A DNA stretch of 62,102 nucleotides from contig MQRK01220018.1 of assembly GCA_001938485.1 (NCBI GenBank), positions 1 to 62,102 on the forward strand, written 5' to 3'. This stretch comes from Girardia tigrina. Lineage: Eukaryota. A program made the translations under genes and the position numbers. The notes beneath the pieces were generated by a model that was not told the origin of the DNA, ran no database searches, and worked only from the letters and a program-made list of their open reading frames with translations. Shown one piece after another: positions 1 to 13,310 of this stretch. Numbering within the stretch: position 1 is the stretch's first letter; every line of letters starts with the position of its first letter.

Positions 1-298
1 ACAACCGCCTTGGATCACTGTATCCGTTGCTAATGAGAAACGTCCCTTGGTTACCGTCACTATGGTAACCATGACCTTGGTTACCGTCACCCAAAAAAAA
101 AAATTGAAAAAAAATTTTTAAAAAAACCGTTGCCATGGTAACCGCGACTGTTGCTAAGGTGATCGCGACCGTTGCCATGGTAACCGCGACCGTTGCTAAG
201 GTGATCGCGACCGTTGCCATGGTAACCACGATAACCTATACCGTTGCCATGGTAACGGCTGGGGGGGGTGTAGGCCGAATGCCCATTTTCCCCCTACT
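1..298. mobile_element. Terminal repeat of an AGTAG/CTACT-ended element (candidate Polinton/Maverick-type TIR or derived MITE) with a 21-bp tandem array of GTTGCCATGGTAAC palindromes; cut by the window start
   Basis: Ends ...GCCCATTTTCCCCCTACT at 298. Its reverse complement aligns with 61962-62102 (AGTAGTGTAAAAATGGGCATT...). Palindrome units start at 129, 150, 171, 192, 213 and 243. The superfamily is inferred only from the AG...CT termini. Confidence 0.6.
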
Positions 299-552
299 CT
301 CATTTTATACATGAGTTACTCAATTAGTATATAAAGGCTCATAAATGTCATGCACATACTTTTAGCTAGTTATATGTGAATATATTAGGTTATATAAGCG
401 CACACCTTTATTGTCTTGTTTGCTGGTGCATTTATATATGTCTACGCATGGTCAGTCAGTTATATTCGAATTGTATGTACGTCTCTACAACTGCATAAAT
501 TAGCATTTTCATTGTTTTCAAATCGTTTTATAAATTTTAAATTTTTTTGAAT

Positions 553-1976
553 ATGCAACGTCCAACTAGAATAGCTGCAATTGAGGCGAATAGACACATA
601 GCAATTGGTGATGATATTTTTGAAGGTTTTATTTTGAGTTATCTTTTATAACATATAATCATTTTTTACTTGACCAGATGATGAAGAAAAGAAGAAGATT
701 TTTCAGAAGATGATGAAGTTATTTCACATCCAAGAGAGCAAGGAAGTAGTGACGATGAATTAGAAGTGGTAAATAATGATAAGCAAGGCGTTATGATATC
801 TTGAAATGGCATTGACATTTTTGCAACAAAGTGCCGATCAAGTTATAAGCCCGGAGCAGTTGCCACAGTTGATGAGCAATTGATAAAGTTTCGTGGACGT
901 TGCCAATTCAAAATGTTTATTCCAAGTAAGCCGGGTAAATATGGTATGAAATTTTGGGTTGCAGCGGATGCAGGGAATTCATATTGTGTCAACCTTCAAG
1001 TTTACACTGGTCGACGTGGTAGTGAACGTGAGGTGGGACAAGGTACCAGAGTTGTACTTGAATTAACTGAGCATCCGACAAACACAGGTAGACACGTCGT
1101 TGGCAATAACTTCTTTACAAATATTGTGCTTGTTCGCGCTCTATTGGCATGTTGCTCGACTTACCTAGGGACTGTTCGTAAAAATAAAGGTGAACTGCCT
1201 ATGCAAATGTTACCCACGCGACAACGACAGGTTTTGTCACGTACCTTTGGATTTCAACGGGACTGCACAATTGTTTCATACGTACCAAAGCCAGGAAAAG
1301 CTGTAGTGCTTATGTCATCATTGTACCATGATGACTTGTGTGAGGAAGATGTTCCTTACAAACCCCACATGATTCTGGAATACAACTCACAGAAAGGTGG
1401 GGTTGATATTCTCGATCAAAATGTGCGGTGCTACTCATCAAAACGAAAAACGAATAGATGGCCATTTGCATTGTTTTGTAATTTATTGGATATTGGCGCG
1501 TACAATGCTTTCGTGCTCTATACAGCTGTACATCCAAATTTTGCAAATAGATTTAGTCATCGTCGACGCATGTTTCTATTACAACTAGCGACCGAATTGG
1601 TGAAAGTTGATAATCCACCAATGTTGCCTAACCCAGGTGGACAAATTCGTCCCAACCAAAAGCGACGATGCCATTTGTGCCCCGAAAAAATGATCGAAAG
1701 TCTAGCCAACAATGTGACATTTGTTATCAAGCAGTTTGCTTTGAGCACTCAATTCGTCGTTATAATAAATGTCAATAGAACTTTTCATATTCTTGTCATT
1801 GTTTTATAAATAAATAAATTTGTATATTTTAATACTCTTAACTTATTAGTGTGATGTTAGAGACTAATAAAATTAATTTGTTGATAATAGTAACCGTAAA
1901 AATATAGATTCTGTACTGGGGTCCAGCAGACCCCATTTGGTACTCAACGTGATTTTTTTTCTTGATCGTTTAAGGG
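553..1976 (+). mobile_element. piggyBac transposon, defective (internal deletion, stop and frameshifts); right end intact
   Basis: ORF 880-1809 plus upstream codons give TVDEQLIKFRGRC..FIPSKPGKYG, (D>N)NFFT, GTVRKNK, YNSQKGGVD, KRKTNRWP and a Cys-rich tail (RRCHLCP). The right end is AGGG|TTAA at 1973-1980, with a subterminal palindrome TGGGGTC-cagca-GACCCCA at 1917-1935. An acidic N-terminus starts at ATG 553. Confidence 0.93.
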
Positions 1977-1989
1977 TTAATATTAAATT

Positions 1990-3180
1990 TACTACATCTT
2001 GGTAGAGAAATCAATCGTATTACGATTGTTACTAGGTCACTCGAGATATAGATATACGCAGAATATTTACGAATTAAAGCCAGTTTCCATCCCTATAATC
2101 GCTCCGAACAATTCTACCATCTATTTACTAACTCCCTTTAATAATATTGATCGTTTCTTATTTACAATATTTACAACTACCATCTAACTTCTTACACAAG
2201 ACTTTTCCACTCTGCTCCCGTCATCCCTGACTGTCTTAACTACTCCTCGTTAAGCCCATGCCTAACCGGCCTTTAGGGATCGACCCTTCGCTACTACCCG
2301 CTACATTTAACTACTATCGACAAATGAAAATGACGAATTAAATAAATAAAACCAACAAAAGACGATGATAAAATATATTGTATAAAACGAACTACTCAAG
2401 TAAAATATTTATTAATGTATCATTAATAAAATATAACCCAGTATATGAAATAATAAAATGAAAATTCAACGAGATTCGTACTTCTTTCAGTTAAATGAAG
2501 GAGTTGTTCCAACTATCGCAGAATAATGTAGAATAATGTCAGACTTGTTTCAATGTAAAGTGTATATCAACTTGTGCGTAATCGTGTGCCGGCTATTTAT
2601 ACCCGATTGGGTAATTGCGTTAACCGACATATTCGGGTATTCATTATTACTGCGAGACAGGATATGAGCGGGGGGGGGGCGATTGCAGTTATTGCTATTA
2701 TTAATTTAATTATTTTAGGTTATCGGCGACTATGTTGCTGCCCTGCCGGATGCCGGTCAATCACTGACTGATGATTATCGTTCGTTGGTAATCGAAATAA
2801 ACGACAGTTATCCCGAGAGAGGATGTGAGGAGGGAAAACAATTGCAACTATCTGCAATGTTTATCATGTGTTTGGAAAATCATGCGACAGTAACTTTTAA
2901 TTAATTAATTAAGGTTTGTTAATTTTTCTAATTTTAAAGGGTTTCAAGAAGCTTTTGAACGGTCGGTTTCGAATGGAAAGGGATGGATCGAAGCCTAGGG
3001 AGCTCTTCTCACGTCTGGGGCCCTGTATGCTCGGGACAAATTTACATAAAACGGGGATAGTCGAGTTTGACTATCCCACAAACTCTCACTAACGGTTTCG
3101 GGTGTAGTGGGCGCTGGATGAGAAGAAGGGTTTCCTTCAGGTTATTTATTCGAGTCGTGTCGTACCAAAAGGAAAGATAA
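1990..3180. repeat. GC-enriched LTR-like relic(s), boundaries uncertain
   Basis: CCCGCTACA at 2298-2306 and TGTAGTGGG at about 3102 resemble LTR inverted termini. There is an imperfect ~45-bp direct repeat (about 2652 and 2813) and a hairpin GGGATAGTC/GACTATCCC at 3054-3077. No TSD found. Confidence 0.3.
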
Positions 3181-3823
3181 AACAGGAGGTCATATCATTG
3201 TATTAACACATCTGTTTTAATTTTTGAGTTTTACAAAAACAGCTATAAACATGATAAAAGTCTATCTTGAAATCGTTATTAACTTTAAAGTTATTATTTC
3301 ATAATACAAATATTTTTTAACCAAATTATAATAATATAATTAATATGAAATATTCGTTGTGATGTAAATATAAAAATATAGTTTATAAGGTTTAAAATAA
3401 GTTTTTTATTATATATTTGTAATATTTATTTAATGAGACGGTAAAAGTCAAAGAAAATTGAATAAATAAAAAATATATTAAATGATTATTTATATTTGAT
3501 CTATCAATTAAATAGCTATTTTTTCAAAAGGAACTTTTAAAAAGTAAATAAAACGTTTTAAATTTGTATATCAGCAATGAAAAAAATATTTGTCTCCAAC
3601 GAAACACAAATTTGATTAACAGAATATTTAGAAATATTTTATAAAAACAATATTAATTAATAAACTAATAATAAATCGTCAAATTATATTTCTAGTTTTT
3701 GTTAATTTAATTTTCTCTCACTATTAATGAAAATAAATCTTTTTCTTTCAAAATTTGTTTTTAATGCTCACGAAAAATAAAAATAAATTGTTTAATTAAA
3801 ATTTTGATTTTTTGTATTAATTT

Positions 3824-4174
3824 TTAAGTGATTGGTGGTTGAAGCAGAGCACGCACAGCGTAACTGTGATGCTCCGGTGCTGGTGATCTGGAGACTCTGG
3901 GTCGTGTGTGTGTTGAAAATGTATTGATCTCACCCGGGAATAGAGGATAAATAAATCCTTGTCCATGTTTTTCATCTTGAATGGTGATTTCATCCTGATC
4001 CGACTTTTTATCGTTACTTGTGCTATTTGAAGAACAGAAATGATCTGGCGATTTTCCTCTATTCACTGAACTGGAAACAACTCCCGATAACGGTTCATAA
4101 GAGGAATTAGAGAAATTTGCGCTGGGAAGTGTTGTTAGATTTCGAATTTGAATACCATGAAAGGTCTCAGTTTG
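3824..4174 (-). pseudogene. Possible C-terminal tail of an LTR-retrotransposon pol (post-integrase low-complexity region)
   Basis: The frame stays open upstream of the listed ORF: TFHGIQIRNL...Ser-rich...RPRVSRSPAPEHHSYAVR*. This resembles the HxxQLR / RPxR / YxLR pattern seen at the end of Gypsy pol. Resemblance only. Confidence 0.3.
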
Positions 4175-4281
4175 TTAAGATCGAACTTTTTCAATTTACT
4201 CAAAAAAATTGTTTCCTCTTTTATTTTCTCTTTAATAAACTATTGATTGACTATAAATAGATTTCTTGGAAATGATATTCC

Positions 4282-5509
4282 ATGAAGCGTTTTTATATTT
4301 CTCTATTATTCACTATATTGCGAAGCATGGCATTACGAAAGGAGCTTACGGACTTTGAGAAGGGGATCATCTATGGCTGCCATCTGTGCAAAAAATCTCA
4401 GAGTGAAATTGCACGGCTAACTGGTTACCGCAAATCAACAATCGATTCATTTTTCCGAAAGTATCGCAGCACGTACAGTCATGTGAACAAAGAACGATCT
4501 GGCCGACTAAAATGTTCGGGTAATCGTGACCAACGACAACTTGTTCGAATTGTGAAGCAGAACCGGTGCATGCCCTTGATGCCGATCACTGCTGAGTACA
4601 ACGCAGGCCACACACAGGCAAGCATGTCTACAGTTCGCCGAAATCTGCATTCCTTGAGTTTCTACGAGAGAGTAAGTGCAAGAAAACCATTTATTTCAGA
4701 AGCCATTCGCATGCGGTTTCTTCATTTGTGCAATGCCAGACGTATCTGGACTCCTGCTGATTGGCAGAAAATTATATGGAGCAATGTGTCCCGTTTTACT
4801 CTGTTTTATTCCGATGGACGACAATTTGCATGGCGGCGCAGTGATGAGCGTTTCCATTCTAATTGTATTCTTCAAACAGTTACGTATGGCGGCTGCTCCA
4901 TAAAGTTTTGGAGTTACTTCCCAGTCAATGGTACTGGCCCATTGGTCAAATGTACTAACAACATGAATTCCATGGAGTACCGAGCAATCCTTGAACATGA
5001 ACTACTTCCATTCCTCCCAGAAATTGCCGATATGCTCTTCCAGTACGATATGGCACTAATCCATACGTCGCACCTCATTAAGAATTTCTTCGAAACAAGT
5101 GGCATAAATGTACTGGAATGGATGCAACAAAGCCTCGATTTGAACCCAATCGAATTCATTTGAGATGAGGTAGACCGATGCGTTCATAAAACGCAGGTGC
5201 TTCCACGGAATGCCACTTAATTGGAGCTTCAGCTGCGGAAAGGATGGGCAAATATTCCTCCTCAGCTCCTGAAAATATTGGTTGATTCTACGCCAAACCG
5301 GGAAAGAGCAGTCATAAGAGCTATAGGAAACTTTACTAAATACTAATTTTTCCATTGCCTCACTTGTCTTCTGCATTCTATTTGGGTTTAAATGTTATAG
5401 AATTCATTGTGACTAGTTTAATTTAATTTAATTTAATCGCACCGCTTAGGTGAAGTTAAATCAAAGTATGAAAAAGCTACTGACCGAGGACTTTTGATCG
5501 GGCAGGGTA
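4282..5509 (+). mobile_element. Tc1-family transposon, decayed transposase, right TIR present
   Basis: ELTDFEKGIIYG HTH, RSGR, ARKPFIS, WQKIIWS(D>N)(E>V)SRF, FQYDMALIH, W..QSLDLNPIE. The frame continues past a stop to GNFTKY* at about 5346. TIR-like GACTTTTGATCGGGCAGGGTA ends at 5509. Confidence 0.92.
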
Positions 5510-6247
5510 TTTATATTCATTTAAATTTCATCTAATTGAATCAGTGAATTATCATGATATAATTTTGATTTGAATCGTCTTTGGGCAAGAAGAGAGACAT
5601 CTTTTCCGGTATAAATAATGATAACGACATATTATTAATAATAAAAATTTATTTCAAAATACCCACTTTTACAATACATTGATATAAAATGCCAATAATT
5701 CAATTTTTAACCATCTCTACTAAATGGTAAAGGGTGTCTCCTTTCTTAACTATTCAGAAAATATGCCAAAGCTTTGAAATTGTGAGTCATTATAACATCA
5801 CAATTTTCCACATTAAATACTCTAGATTTATGATATTATGTGAGAATTAATAAATCTTAGAACCCGAATTACTCGTTTTGTTTTAAATGGATAACAATCA
5901 CATTAAAAGTTATTGATATTCTTTTATTAGACTATAATGATCTCGAAATATTATTCTTTTTATCAATCCATTGAGTTTTAGGATGACTTTTCTGCAAATA
6001 TAATGTAAAAATACTCGACGTTTCTAATCTTTCAGATCAGTGTTGAAGCAATCAAGAAACTACCAAAAGAAGTAATTATTTCAATAATTGATCCTCTATA
6101 GACATATTGAATATAATTATTATTCCATGTGGATGTTCGTTTCTGAGATTAGATTTAGAATTCAATTTAAAACTGAAAAATTACTTTATATTAATAATTA
6201 ATTAATAATTCAAATACTATTTTGTACAAAATTTAAATATTATATAA

Positions 6248-7070
6248 TAGGGTGCGGCCAGTGGCGGATTTAGATTTTGGTGCGTGGGGGGGGCGAGAAA
6301 ACTTTCAGGGGCACCAAAAAGGATAAAGGTAGTACTAGCCCTACTAATTTTAATATTTAGTAAATACTATAATATACACGATTTGTACGCTGCCCGCTAT
6401 CTTGTTCCAGTGGTAGGTAGCACCAAAAAATAAATAACTGATGTACAATCACTTATGTACAAACACTGATACTGCAAGCTACAGCTTACAACTAAGTGCC
6501 GATATGCCCTAGATATATTTAATATTAATAAATGGCTGTAGTGTAGAGTGGTAACTGGAGTGTATTAACCCCGGTTGAACTTTATAGACAGACAAAACTT
6601 GTACAAGCAGTAAGTGGAAAGTGAAATCTTAAGTCTCAGTAGTATTCTCCACTGCCCCAAAATATTATGCCTGCTAGCCTACTGCATCATCTATGTTTAA
6701 CAACACGACATGGTAATATTACAAATAGCAAAGCATCAGCAGCAATATGTTGCATTGTATACGTTAATAATACATACCAAACCAATCCATTTAGTTCTTC
6801 TGCATCACAGATCTTGTATCAAAGTTATGGATGAAACTTAATCATAATGCAGCTAATTCTTGTACACAAAACTACATATTTATAAAAGTCATCTTGGGGG
6901 CGCCATTTAGAGTCCAACAGGTGCGTGGGGTGGGCAGTCTGCCCCCCCCCAGTCCTATAGCTAAATCCGCCACTGGGTGCAGCCCGTGCCCGTTACCCGT
7001 AACATTTTGTCCGTCCGTGCCAGTGTCCGTGTCCGTATTTTGAGGTCCGTGTCCGTACTGATATGGACCT
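6248..7070. mobile_element. End of an older TAGGG-type (hAT-like) element with TCCGTG subterminal repeats, interrupted by the 6259-6975 MITE
   Basis: Removing the MITE restores TAGGGTGCGGCCCGTGCCCGTTACCCGT...GTCCGTCCGTGCCAGTGTCCGTGTCCGT. Confidence 0.5.
6259..6975. mobile_element. hAT-type MITE (non-autonomous)
   Basis: Perfect 15-bp TIR CAGTGGCGGATTTAG / CTAAATCCGCCACTG. The 8-bp TSD is GGTGCGGC (6251-6258) / GGTGCAGC (6976-6983). Confidence 0.92.
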
Positions 7071-9039
7071 TACTAAATAACTTATTAAGCAGTTCATTTT
7101 AAAATTCTAATAAAATTAATATTTTTTATCAATAATATATAATTTATATAATTTTTATATAATAACTACACTGTTTTGAATAAATTAATTTCATATTTCA
7201 TATTAAAATTTGAAGAAAACTTTTAAACCTATGTTAAAAATAATTATTTTTGTTTCTTCTAGTTATAAGAATTTCAAAATTTTCTTTGTCATATATTTTA
7301 ATAATTGCAAAATAATGTTTTCTTATGTGTAAAACAACAGTAAAAATATTATTTTTTTATTTAGGTATTTAATAATTGAAGATTTACCGTTTCATTATTA
7401 TATAAATAATCATTCAACATTTTTCGAATTTTATATAAGTGTTTTAAAATCGGAAAATTGTTATATAATGATAAAATTGTAATTAATTTTAAATAAAAAT
7501 GTTTTATTTGAAACATAAAAATCAATTCTATCTATGAGAACTGATAATATATTCTTTTTGAAGAGATTAATAATAATTTCATTCCACTCATTTAAAATTT
7601 GTTTAAAAGATTGCAGTACATCTGTACGTCGTGTACGTTATTTAGTTCATGCGTCGGACGTCATATTTGTCCATAATTTGAAACTACTGAGTATAAATAA
7701 AATATTATTAAAATATTATTTTACAAAAAAACAAATTTTCTTTTGAAATATGTTTCTTTACGTTTATCAGTTATGCTAATATTTACTCCAGTAGGGAAGC
7801 ATAAGCTTATAAACATTTTATTTACCAAATTTCCCAATGCAGTCTCTCCTTAGTAAATTATTTATTTCAATAAATAATTCTTTTTTTCTCATTTCATTTA
7901 TTATTTGCTAATAAATTTCGAAAGATTTTATGCAAAATATATAAAAGATTGCTGTCAAAATTTTTATTCAATATTTAATTATATTTTTCAATGTATATTT
8001 TTTCTATTTTTCTATATAAAATTCTAATGAAAATGAAAATATTTATGAAATTAATGGCGTAAAAATGATTTATTATAGTGAGTGGTTTGCCTGATAATTA
8101 TTGTATGTTGATTAAAATATGTTGAGTGTGTTCTCTCCTGTTTAATGTAATTATTTGTATGACGGTTTTAATAAATATTATTTAATGATTCAATGAATAT
8201 ATGATAAATAAATGTGTTTGATTTAATATTTAGTTTTTATGGCGTGGATAGATTTAATTTGTTGTCATATTGTATTGTTTTCCAATAAATGATTTTTCAA
8301 GAAGAGTCTTACGTTTTTCATAAGCAGCCATAAATATGCGGAGTAATTAACATGGCTACAATGAGTCTTACAATCATAATGTTGGGTATTAAATTATCTT
8401 TAATTTAAATATTATTTTTTAAATATAAATATTTATTCTTTAATCTGAAATCTGACTCCAATTAATCAGAAAGGACTTCCAACATAAATATATAAATGAA
8501 TGAACACAAAATTCTTTTTCCAAATACTTCATTTTTCAATAACACAAAATAGCACACAGCTTTATATTGTTCAATTCAATAGTATCAATAGACGTATTCA
8601 CAAACGGGTATTCGAGTTTATCAGATCACAGCTTGTTTATTTTAAAACTCTAAATCTTCTAAACGAACGATAACCGGAAACAATTGAAAGTTATAATGAT
8701 ATACTTCTCCTATACAGGATACTATCGATCAGTACTTTCAATAGAGGAATATTAATCGAATAAATAAAAAAAATAAAAATAAACTTAACGATTCTTACTT
8801 CTTGTAGTTTTAGATTAGAAATTTTTTGGGCAAACTAAACTAAATTTGCTGCTGTTTATATAGTGTTTTTCATCGGCCTTGAAAATTGATAGAATAAAAC
8901 AAAGACTAAAATATTTTTAATTTTCAATTCAAAATTTTGATAAACTAAATATTATTTTGTTTGAAATTAATAATTTTATCAAAAGAATTATTTAAAATTT
9001 TTTTTACATAAAATTTTATCAAAAGTGTTCATAAGTATT

Positions 9040-12000
9040 TTTCGAAACCCTAACAATAAGACCAGATAATTTTGATGGGGATAATGCTCTTTTGGAAATA
9101 TTTACCAATGCTTTTGGGCGAGATTCCCAATTTATTGAGATAGCTGACACAAGCATGATTTTTGAATAAAGTTATTTATGACGCATATATGGGTAAACCT
9201 TTGTTGAAAGAATCATAGCAGCCTTCACCTGAAAGAAAAATATTTTGGATACAATGTTAAATTTATCAATCTGAAAATTTGAGTGAAGGCCTAGAAAAGA
9301 TGTTCAAAATTATTGATGAATTAATCAACCAATAGTCACCAAAAAATTAATAAAGTACGAGCTCTCAAATCTGGTTTTTTTAAATATGATTGACAACTAA
9401 GATATGAAAAAAAGATTTTATACTTTCAGAAAATTTTGAAGCTTTAGATATCAAGAAAATCTTTTGTAAAATGAAAAAAATTAAAGAAAATTGAAGAAAT
9501 GCTTCCATTTACAAATTGTAATGCTCCAAAAACCTTAAAATGTCAATAATCAAGAAAACTGGAAGACTGTAGAATACTAAAATAAACAAAATGTATCTCA
9601 ATATCAATAATAAGACCAAACAATAAACATTAGAAAAGAAAGTATGCAACAAACAGTTTAGAAAAACTCCTATAACAGATATCAAAATTTTAAAAAGCTG
9701 GTTTTTATATGCTGGTATTATATGGAAGAAGGATACATATGGTTACACTATCCAAAGATAAGATGTTCATTTTGTTACTGGATGGGCCACCACTGGACAC
9801 AATCCTAGAAAAATGATCAAATATTCAAGAAAAGACAGAAATATGTTGGAACTAATATTAAATGACGGAGATTTCATGAAGTGAATGAAGGTTGTTAGAG
9901 CTTGAAAGAAGTTGAATATTCAGTAAACAGCGAAAAAACATATATCAGGGAAAAGAAGATTGAAGAAGACTTGATAAACTAACACTTACAGTAACTGAAA
10001 GAAGTGATCAATGTGTTCAATTAATACTCATGAAAAATCGGCGTGTTTGTAATAATATGCTGAAATGTTTCTAAATGTGAATGTATTTGTGTGTTTGAAA
10101 GTATCCCCTTGATGTGTATATGTTAGGATCGTAGAATGTTTATAAAACGAATATTCATTGTATGTTTGTAAATTTAAATTTTGAGAACAAGATAGTAGAA
10201 GAAGAAAAGGATATACTATTGTAAAAATTAAAAATCTGTTATGATAAGATGTATGAAATACCAAGTGAAGTGTATCTTTAAAGTGCATCTCTAAATAACA
10301 TAGGGAAGGAGATACGGGTAATGAAAAACTTGACCATTATCGGTGGCATGCCATCGTGGGCTTGGTCTTTAAAGAGGTTGCCACTGCCTCTGTTGATTGA
10401 AGTGGACGACACTCAACGAATCACTGATATAGTCAAAACGACGGTCGATTCGGGCGCCGAATGATGGGATTGAATCGAATGATTGATTAATCCCACGCGG
10501 CCGTGGAGTGCAGATACGCGGCTTCCATATTCAGTCCATCGGAGTGATTGGAACGCCACAATTCGGTAGGAATGGCTTGAGTGAGAGTGATCTCGTCTTG
10601 TTGTGCTGAACCGTGCAGATCTGTGTCGGTGCATCGTTGATATTTTTTTTCGGTTACCATTATTATGAGGGTGAAACTCAACGGATAATTCCGGAGTTCA
10701 ATTTCATTAAAAATAAAAGAAAATTGAACTTTGAGAAAGAATTTATTTTTATATCAAATTTTTCACCAAATAATAAGTAATTCGAATAAAGAAATTGTTT
10801 TTTACAACTCTGGATTTCGTGTAATAGTTTTTTTATAAATAATAATGTATGATTTTAGTATATAAATATATTTATAAATATTAATATTTAATTTTTGGTC
10901 ACTACGCCAAGTTTTTTTAATAAATGGTCAGTGTCAATTGATGGTCAATGTAATAAAGAAAGAATTAAACAAAATAAAGAAAACATAGAAAAAATTCAAA
11001 TGAAGCAAAGAATCATGTGTATCAATGATTCAGAATCGTATAATCATGGAGTTTTGAAACTTGGAATCATAATAGAAAATTTACATAAAGTACTGGAATT
11101 TTATGTAGCTGAAGATTTAAATACTAAGATATTGTAGGTGTACATTTTTTAAATGGCTTAGGATAAAGTTAGGGAAAACGTAACTGATTTTTTCAAATCA
11201 AATACTCTCTTTTAGAGAAAATCCATCTTATAGTGAGGGATCAAACAAAATTAAGGAAAGGTTTTTCTGGAAAAATTGATCATGAAATATTTAAAATATT
11301 TAAGTGTTACGAATCGATTTTTATGGTCGATAAATGGGATGTTGGTAACACAACTTGGATTCAACAAAAGACCGATTTAATTGGATCGCCTCTTCTTTTA
11401 AAACCATGGAGACAGCCAAAGCACTTAGAATCAAAACTGGAAGATATGATTTAAAATCTTGCAGAGAATGGAATAGTTGAAAAATGTAAATATCCATGAA
11501 ATTTCTCATTTAATATTTGTCTGAATGAAAGACAAGGAAGAAATTAGATTATTTGTTTATTTTCGGCAATGAAATAAAATAACATGGACCCGCTTTTCCA
11601 ATACCTAATATTGATGATAGGCTGAATATTCTTAGTGGTTCACAATATTTCCGTACAATTGATCTTGGGAATACGTATTATCAAGTAGAATTAAACGAAG
11701 AATAGAAACTAAAAACAGATACACACGTTATAAATGCAAATACTAAAATGGTATTTTCGAGTTCATATCAATGCAGTGCCTATAGAATCATCGAGAGACA
11801 ATGTAAGTATATATAGGATGCAATTAATATTCGTTTTAAAGACGGTATTCATAAAGACTTGGTTTAAATTTTGTTTAAAATCAAATTTTTGTTAAATACA
11901 AATGTTCAAATGATTGCTGGAGGTCTTTAAAAAAAGTCCTTTAAAAAGTCCCCGGAGGTGAAAATGTTTCACACGTAGCTAAGCCATTGATGGAAAAGTA

Positions 12001-12431
12001 CTGAAAATTCCATAAGCAAAACAAAAGCAATAAAAACAGATCATGAGACAAAGAGAACTTTTGCAACTAGTGAGAAAGTTCGAATTAAAATAAATTACCC
12101 AACGAAAGATGCTTCCAGATTCATGTAACCAGTAAAATTACTAAATCAGAGAATCGAAGGAATTTACAAAATTCAATTAAAATATGTTAGGGTTCTTAAT
12201 AGGAAAGTAGAGTGTCTAAAGTCGTCTAAATCGAAAGGGATATGAAAGGTTAGTCTGATAATTATGGTATTTTTTTGAAATTTGTTGAATATGTTCTCTA
12301 CCGTTTATTGTAAATATTTGTACGACGATTTTAATTTAAAATATATAATATAATATGAAAATATGACAAAGAAATGTGTTTGTTTAAATATTCAGTTTGA
12401 ATAGTGTGAATAAATTAAATTCGTCATCACA
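9040..12431 (+). mobile_element. Heavily decayed Ty3/Gypsy LTR-retrotransposon remnant(s), probably more than one fragment
   Basis: Protease-like TTVDSGAE at about 10440. PBS-like TGGTCACTACG at about 10896. RT segment FPIPNIDDRLNILSGSQYFRTIDLGNTYYQVEL at about 11595-11700. Purine tract GAAAGGGA at 12233-12240 is followed by a TG...AATAAA...TCACA putative LTR at 12243-12431. Confidence 0.7.
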
Positions 12432-13310
12432 TTTTATTGTTTATAAATAAATGATTTTGCACAGTCTTACTTTTTTGATAAGTAGACAGAAAAGTGTGGA
12501 GTAATTAACAAATATTTTATAACTTTTAGTCATCACATTTTCAATAAATATAAAAACACTACATGAAATTTTTATTTTCAAAAAACATACAAAAACAAAA
12601 TTAACTTTTTGACTGAAAAATAGATTTATTAAAGTCATTTTTGGAAAATGAATATTTTAAATGATGTTTTTATTTTTTTATTGTATATTAATTAAAATGT
12701 GAAAATTTAACTTTTATTTTAAATTATTTTTTTTCTCAATTATTTCATTAACTTAATTTTAAACTTTTAGGTAATTATAAATTATCGAATTACATTTTAC
12801 TCAAACAATTATTTAATAAAAGCAAGTAACAAAGAAATGGAATTTAAAAATTAAATTCTTTGAATTTATTCGTAATTTTATACAGAGAAATTGTTTTCAA
12901 TCACAATATCCAAAAATTAAATATGAAAAACAAAAGAAAACAATTAAAATCAAATATCAAATTTTAATTAAAAAAATTTTAAAAATAAAAATGTTTTTCA
13001 ATTTTACTGAAATAAATTCTTAAAAGAATAAATTCTGAATAATTATATCAAACACAAACATAAATTTTAGCAAAAATGTTTTTTAAATCAAAATATAAAA
13101 TGAATTTTGTTTCATTATTATAAAAATCTCAAACTTTCGCAACATTTTTCTCGTCGCATTTTATTTTGTTTCATATTATTAAATTATTCACATTTTACCA
13201 CGTTTTTATTAGCTTGCTTTCTTGTCTGTTTGTCTGTTTGTCTGGAACAAATCTTGCGATTGATTTTTCGACCACTTTCAGTCATCCAATTGAGCTGAAT
13301 TTTTTTATAC

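Noticed and set aside
129-256. CRISPR array or telomeric repeat
   Set aside because: The spacers are only about 7 bp and nearly identical, there are no cas genes, the context is eukaryotic, and the unit is not a simple G-rich telomere repeat.
2764-2815. Hammerhead ribozyme (CTGA..GA, stem, GAAA, ATC)
   Set aside because: The core spacing is off and stem I cannot form.
4282-5346. Alternative genetic code (TGA at expected Trp positions in several transposases)
   Set aside because: The same elements also carry frameshifts and catalytic mutations, and the PMCA exons use TGG for Trp; this is ordinary decay.
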